Shown: in pieces, positions 60,915 to 64,000 of the stretch
Numbering within the stretch: position 1 is the stretch's first letter
Layout: each line of letters starts with the position of its first letter
Origin: an uncultured Candidatus Saccharibacteria bacterium
GTDB lineage: Bacteria > Patescibacteriota > Saccharimonadia > Saccharimonadales > AWTP1-31
Length of the DNA stretch: 64,000 nt
Reading direction: 5' to 3'
NCBI GenBank assembly: GCA_964409615.1
Contig: CAYPDT010000001.1
Coordinates: forward strand, 78,629-142,628
Program-made: the position numbers and the translations under genes
Notes under the pieces: generated by a model
What the model was told of the DNA's origin: nothing
Databases searched by the model: none
What the model saw: only the letters and a program-made list of their open reading frames with translations

Positions 60915-63476
60915 TTAAGAAATAATCTGATTAATCTTTAGTTGCTCTATAAGCGCCAAGGTTTTTTCAACATACTGCTTGTCGATGCTATAGCTGCTAA
61001 CACCCTTAGTTCCCTGTCGAGTAGCAATACTGCCGTCGGGATTCAGCTCGTGTACCAATCCTTCGAGGTATAGCTTTGCATCATCTTTATGCGCGGCGGC
61101 GTCGGCGTACCAAGGCTTTTCGGTAATGAGTCGTGCATGATCTTCAATCGATTCAGCGAACGAACCATATGCCCGATATACATTTACGCCGTTAGCTCGC
61201 TCTTTGGTTTCAATGCTTATTGACGGACCTTCTGCACCAGCCGGCATTCGTACACCGAACAGATTAAATGCTCGAGTTGCCACCACGCTTGTGCCGTATG
61301 CACTTTCTAGACTTGCCTGGGCCAAAAGCACTTGTGGATTAACATTGTAGCGTGGAGCAATTTCGGCCACGACTGGAGCTATTGTTTTGAGAAAATTCTT
61401 TTGAGTCTCGTTTAGTTTTAATCCGTCAATCACAGCACTATCAACCTTCAGACTTTCAGGTTTTTTCTCAGCGGGTGCTGTGGTCTCTGGGGCAGGCGCA
61501 GGAGCAGGTGTGGCCTCGGTTTTCTTACGAATCTGCTCAGCGACCCAAGTCTCTAGTGCACCATGAATTTGGGTGTGCTTCTCGGGGCTAATAGCACGAG
61601 CGCGGTTTCCAATCCACAAATCTTCTTCGGTGCTTAGTAGTAGGTTTTTCGCTCGTAAACCAGATGCAGGTAAATTAAAAATCTTGTTGAAAATGAAGTG
61701 GTCGTGGTCTTCGTGTTCCATATCATCATCAAAAATCATAAATGCGTAGCCAAGTGCTTCATTTACTTTTTTAATAACAGCACGATTGCTGGAAACGACT
61801 TTCTGAACCACCCGCACGTCACCAACCTTGAGTCGTGCTGCGAACAACAACATATCTACGGTGAACTCTTCGCTGTAATTTGGTGAAAACTTACTATCGA
61901 ATACTGGCCCAGTAGAGTACTGCGTGACTGTCAAGTCTCGCTGGCTTGATACATCAAGCATCTGGCCATAGTTGTGACTATTATGAAACGGCGAGTTTGC
62001 ATCACGAATACGCAGCAATGAGCCGGCGAACTGCGGGTATTTCATGTAAATGAATTGCTCGAAGGCTTCTGACATAGCCCGCATAGATGCTTCTACCTGA
62101 GGAGTTGTATATCGTTCAGCACCCATAGTTCTCTCGGCTACCGTCCGAAGTCGTGTAGCACCTTGTATTTCATTAGGAAGCGCCATTTTGACGTATCCAG
62201 CCGGCAAGCCAGGGTAACGGTCAGGGTCATTTGGAGCATATGCGGCATCGGCTGCTTTTACTGCCTCGACCAAATCACTCAGGTCGATAGTTGATGCATT
62301 GATATTAACGGCACCAAGCAGCTCATTAACTCTGGCTACCTCGGGTGAAACTGGTTCAGCCAATACCTCAGGGATTGTAGTTGTAGTAGTCTCAGGTGCT
62401 ATGGTGGTTGTTTCTGGCGCTGAAGTTGTGGTGTCTGCAGCTGATGTACTGGTTTCTGCAACCTGCAAAAGACCAGTCGTAGTTGTTATAGCTTCAACAG
62501 GTATTGCATCCGCTGGAATTGCAAGTGTATCACCCCCATCAAAACCAGGGTCAAGTTCAGCCAACACAGCCGTGTCGCTGTCGGTTGCCTCTGCAACACC
62601 AGGGAGTTGTACCGCTTGTTCGGGTGTTACATTTGTCTTAGCAGAAATAAGAACAACTGGCTTAGGAATAATAATCGACGTCGCCTTTACAGCAACTGGT
62701 TGGTCAGCTGCAAGATCTTGCAGTGAATCATTGGCAGCTCGAAGTAAGTTCGGAGCAACGCCAAATCGCTGTGACAACGACTGGATTGATTCACCATATT
62801 TTGGTGCATAAGCAGTACCTTGTGCGTCCAATCGAACACTCTTGCCTGCTGGCAATACATCCATTTCACCGGGCACCGCACCAAGCTGAGGTGCCAACTG
62901 GTTCGCGACCTCATCAGAATCCATATCTAGACCCACCGCCAAGTCGTAGACACGCACTGGCTTGTCGGGCACTGTATAGTTAACTGTTATCACTTTTGGC
63001 ATTTGCATCGGCGAAACGTTATCAAGTGACGTAGCCTCAGAAGTTTCAGCAGCATGAGGTAATACCTGTCCGATTATGCCAAGACTTAGGGCAACTGCAG
63101 TCATTGCAACACCGGCAATTTTCCGTTGTTTACGGTCAAGACGTTGCCAGATAGCGCTTGAAATTTCATAAATATCTCGCCCTAAACTATGCTCTTCTTC
63201 GTCAACTTGGGATTGTGCTTCTGAAAGCACATTCGAAAGCCGTGACGTATTACGAGTAAAGTCTTGCGAGGTAACAACTGCGGGCATAGCTATTTCGGTT
63301 GCTTCGCTTGGAAGTCGAACCAAAACAGGGTCAAATGAACCACCTGCAGGTCCATAGATACCGGTGCGCTTACCTTCTGCTTCAAACACTTCTAGCAGAA
63401 CTGCATCGGGGAATGGTGCAAACGGGTCTTGTTCGGGTCCTGCATGTTCAGGACCAAAATTGGTAGTATCCGACAT
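60915..63476 (-). CDS. Peptidoglycan hydrolase: TM anchor, LysM-like repeats, C-terminal glucosaminidase (FlgJ/muramidase-type) domain
   Basis: 853 aa. C-terminus VNPQVLLAQASLESAYGTS...NLFGV...YRAYGSFAESIEDHARLI matches the mannosyl-glycoprotein endo-beta-N-acetylglucosaminidase family. LysM-like GESIQSLSQRFGVAPNLLRAAN. Confidence 0.7.
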   Translation of the reverse strand: MSDTTNFGPEHAGPEQDPFAPFPDAVLLEVFEAEGKRTGIYGPAGGSFDPVLVRLPSEATEIAMPAVVTSQDFTRNTSRLSNVLSEAQSQVDEEEHSLGRDIYEISSAIWQRLDRKQRKIAGVAMTAVALSLGIIGQVLPHAAETSEATSLDNVSPMQMPKVITVNYTVPDKPVRVYDLAVGLDMDSDEVANQLAPQLGAVPGEMDVLPAGKSVRLDAQGTAYAPKYGESIQSLSQRFGVAPNLLRAANDSLQDLAADQPVAVKATSIIIPKPVVLISAKTNVTPEQAVQLPGVAEATDSDTAVLAELDPGFDGGDTLAIPADAIPVEAITTTTGLLQVAETSTSAADTTTSAPETTTIAPETTTTTIPEVLAEPVSPEVARVNELLGAVNINASTIDLSDLVEAVKAADAAYAPNDPDRYPGLPAGYVKMALPNEIQGATRLRTVAERTMGAERYTTPQVEASMRAMSEAFEQFIYMKYPQFAGSLLRIRDANSPFHNSHNYGQMLDVSSQRDLTVTQYSTGPVFDSKFSPNYSEEFTVDMLLFAARLKVGDVRVVQKVVSSNRAVIKKVNEALGYAFMIFDDDMEHEDHDHFIFNKIFNLPASGLRAKNLLLSTEEDLWIGNRARAISPEKHTQIHGALETWVAEQIRKKTEATPAPAPAPETTAPAEKKPESLKVDSAVIDGLKLNETQKNFLKTIAPVVAEIAPRYNVNPQVLLAQASLESAYGTSVVATRAFNLFGVRMPAGAEGPSISIETKERANGVNVYRAYGSFAESIEDHARLITEKPWYADAAAHKDDAKLYLEGLVHELNPDGSIATRQGTKGVSSYSIDKQYVEKTLALIEQLKINQIIS

Positions 63477-63509
63477 AGCATCCTCCTAATGTCGTTACAT
63501 ATAACTACC

Positions 63510-63537
63510 AAAAAGCGGTCTGGTGGCCCAAACCGCT
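63510..63537 (-). terminator. Intrinsic terminator downstream of trhO
   Basis: Minus strand: AGCGGT-ttgggccaccag-ACCGCT followed by TTTTT. Confidence 0.5.
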
Positions 63538-63668
63538 CATAATCGAGAGTGGTTTTGTTGCCCGGTTACGCTAGCGACTCCACAATACTCAAGCGTCCAA
63601 ATACGAGTAATGCTTCACTGTCTACAACCAAAACTTTTTGGTGAATGCATAATACTACATTTTTGATA

Positions 63669-64000
63669 TTATGTCAATACTGTAGTTTTATCTTGTTCGG
63701 TGGATGTTGCATGGTTTTCACAGTGAGTTTCTTGCGAACAACTATCGCACACCAACACCAGTCGATTGCAGCTTTTGTCTGCACAGTTGATGTAACGACT
63801 GGTTTTACCGCCACAATGGATGCACTCACCAATATCCACTGATTTATCCGAAAAACGATGGGTCATACGGTCGTCAAAAATATGTAACGCACCTTCCCAC
63901 AAGCCCTCGTCGCCGTATTTTTCGCCATACTTTACGATGCCACCATCAATTTGGTAAACCTCTTTGAAGCCCCGGTTTTTCATCAGTACACTTAGTGCTT
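63669..64000 (-). CDS. trhO: Rhodanese-domain tRNA uridine(34) hydroxylase TrhO/YceA-like, C-terminal part (gene runs off the right edge)
   Basis: GFKEVYQIDGGIVKYGE...GALHIFDDRM, followed by the Cys-rich tail CIHCGGKTSRYINCADKSCNRLVLVCDSC typical of UPF0176/TrhO. The frame stays open to the window edge. Confidence 0.65.
   Translation of the reverse strand, partial: ALSVLMKNRGFKEVYQIDGGIVKYGEKYGDEGLWEGALHIFDDRMTHRFSDKSVDIGECIHCGGKTSRYINCADKSCNRLVLVCDSCSQETHCENHATSTEQDKTTVLT

Overview
The window looks like a small-genome bacterium with a Gram-positive-type surface: an LPXTG-like sorting signal and a TM-anchored solute-binding protein. A CPR/Saccharibacteria-like episymbiont is my best guess, but that is inference only; no rRNA or other marker is present. 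All calls rest on reading the ORF track and sequence and on recalled family motifs. No searches were run and GC content or skew was not computed.

Layout:
- 54.5-64 kb is housekeeping on the minus strand: family-5 SBP, secG, a holin-like membrane protein, an M24 aminopeptidase, uvrC, a LysM/glucosaminidase wall hydrolase and partial trhO.
- 0-54 kb is accessory and heavily rearranged.

Main content:
1. A 2,622-codon membrane histidine kinase (8989-16857). Its roughly 2,000-aa predicted ectodomain is four tandem BspA/DUF285-type LRR super-modules plus PKD and DUF11 domains.
2. A one-module paralog (34470-39044, minus strand), split by a single in-frame TAA. It is the last gene of a surface-protein operon with a CotH/LTD protein and a beta-helix/DUF11 LPXTG-like protein.
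3. Both kinases have an unusual core in which a TM hairpin separates the H-box from the ATPase domain. No receiver domain is visible anywhere in the window.
4. Two related mini integrative elements of about 3-3.5 kb, each with a large serine recombinase, a small MxRTKG protein and a replication-relaxation-like wHTH protein. They sit in mirror orientation against the 3' ends of tRNA-Phe(GAA) and tRNA-Leu(GAG). Both recombinase ORFs run into the tRNA gene to find their stop codon.
5. The 6-kb segment between the elements encodes MazG, NUDIX and SPFH proteins, a long WhiB-like 4-Cys protein, and a divergent pair of receiver-less OmpR-type wHTH paralogs.
6. Two diverged copies of a PLD/Nuc-like nuclease plus small helical protein cassette (5.5 kb on plus, 47.5 kb on minus).
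7. An ABC-F/MFS operon preceded by a terminator hairpin that contains a 6-codon mini-ORF.
8. Five gene-inactivating lesions. Two are in-frame stops (GH31 and kinase 2). Three are junctions of truncated genes: ligA'/DUF3800' near 7.52 kb, beta-helix'/MFS' near 19.25 kb, and beta-helix'/amidase' near 45.72 kb.

Also found: four tRNAs with encoded CCA, two candidate small structured RNAs, and several terminators. I saw no CRISPR array, rRNA, reverse transcriptase or recognisable named defence system.
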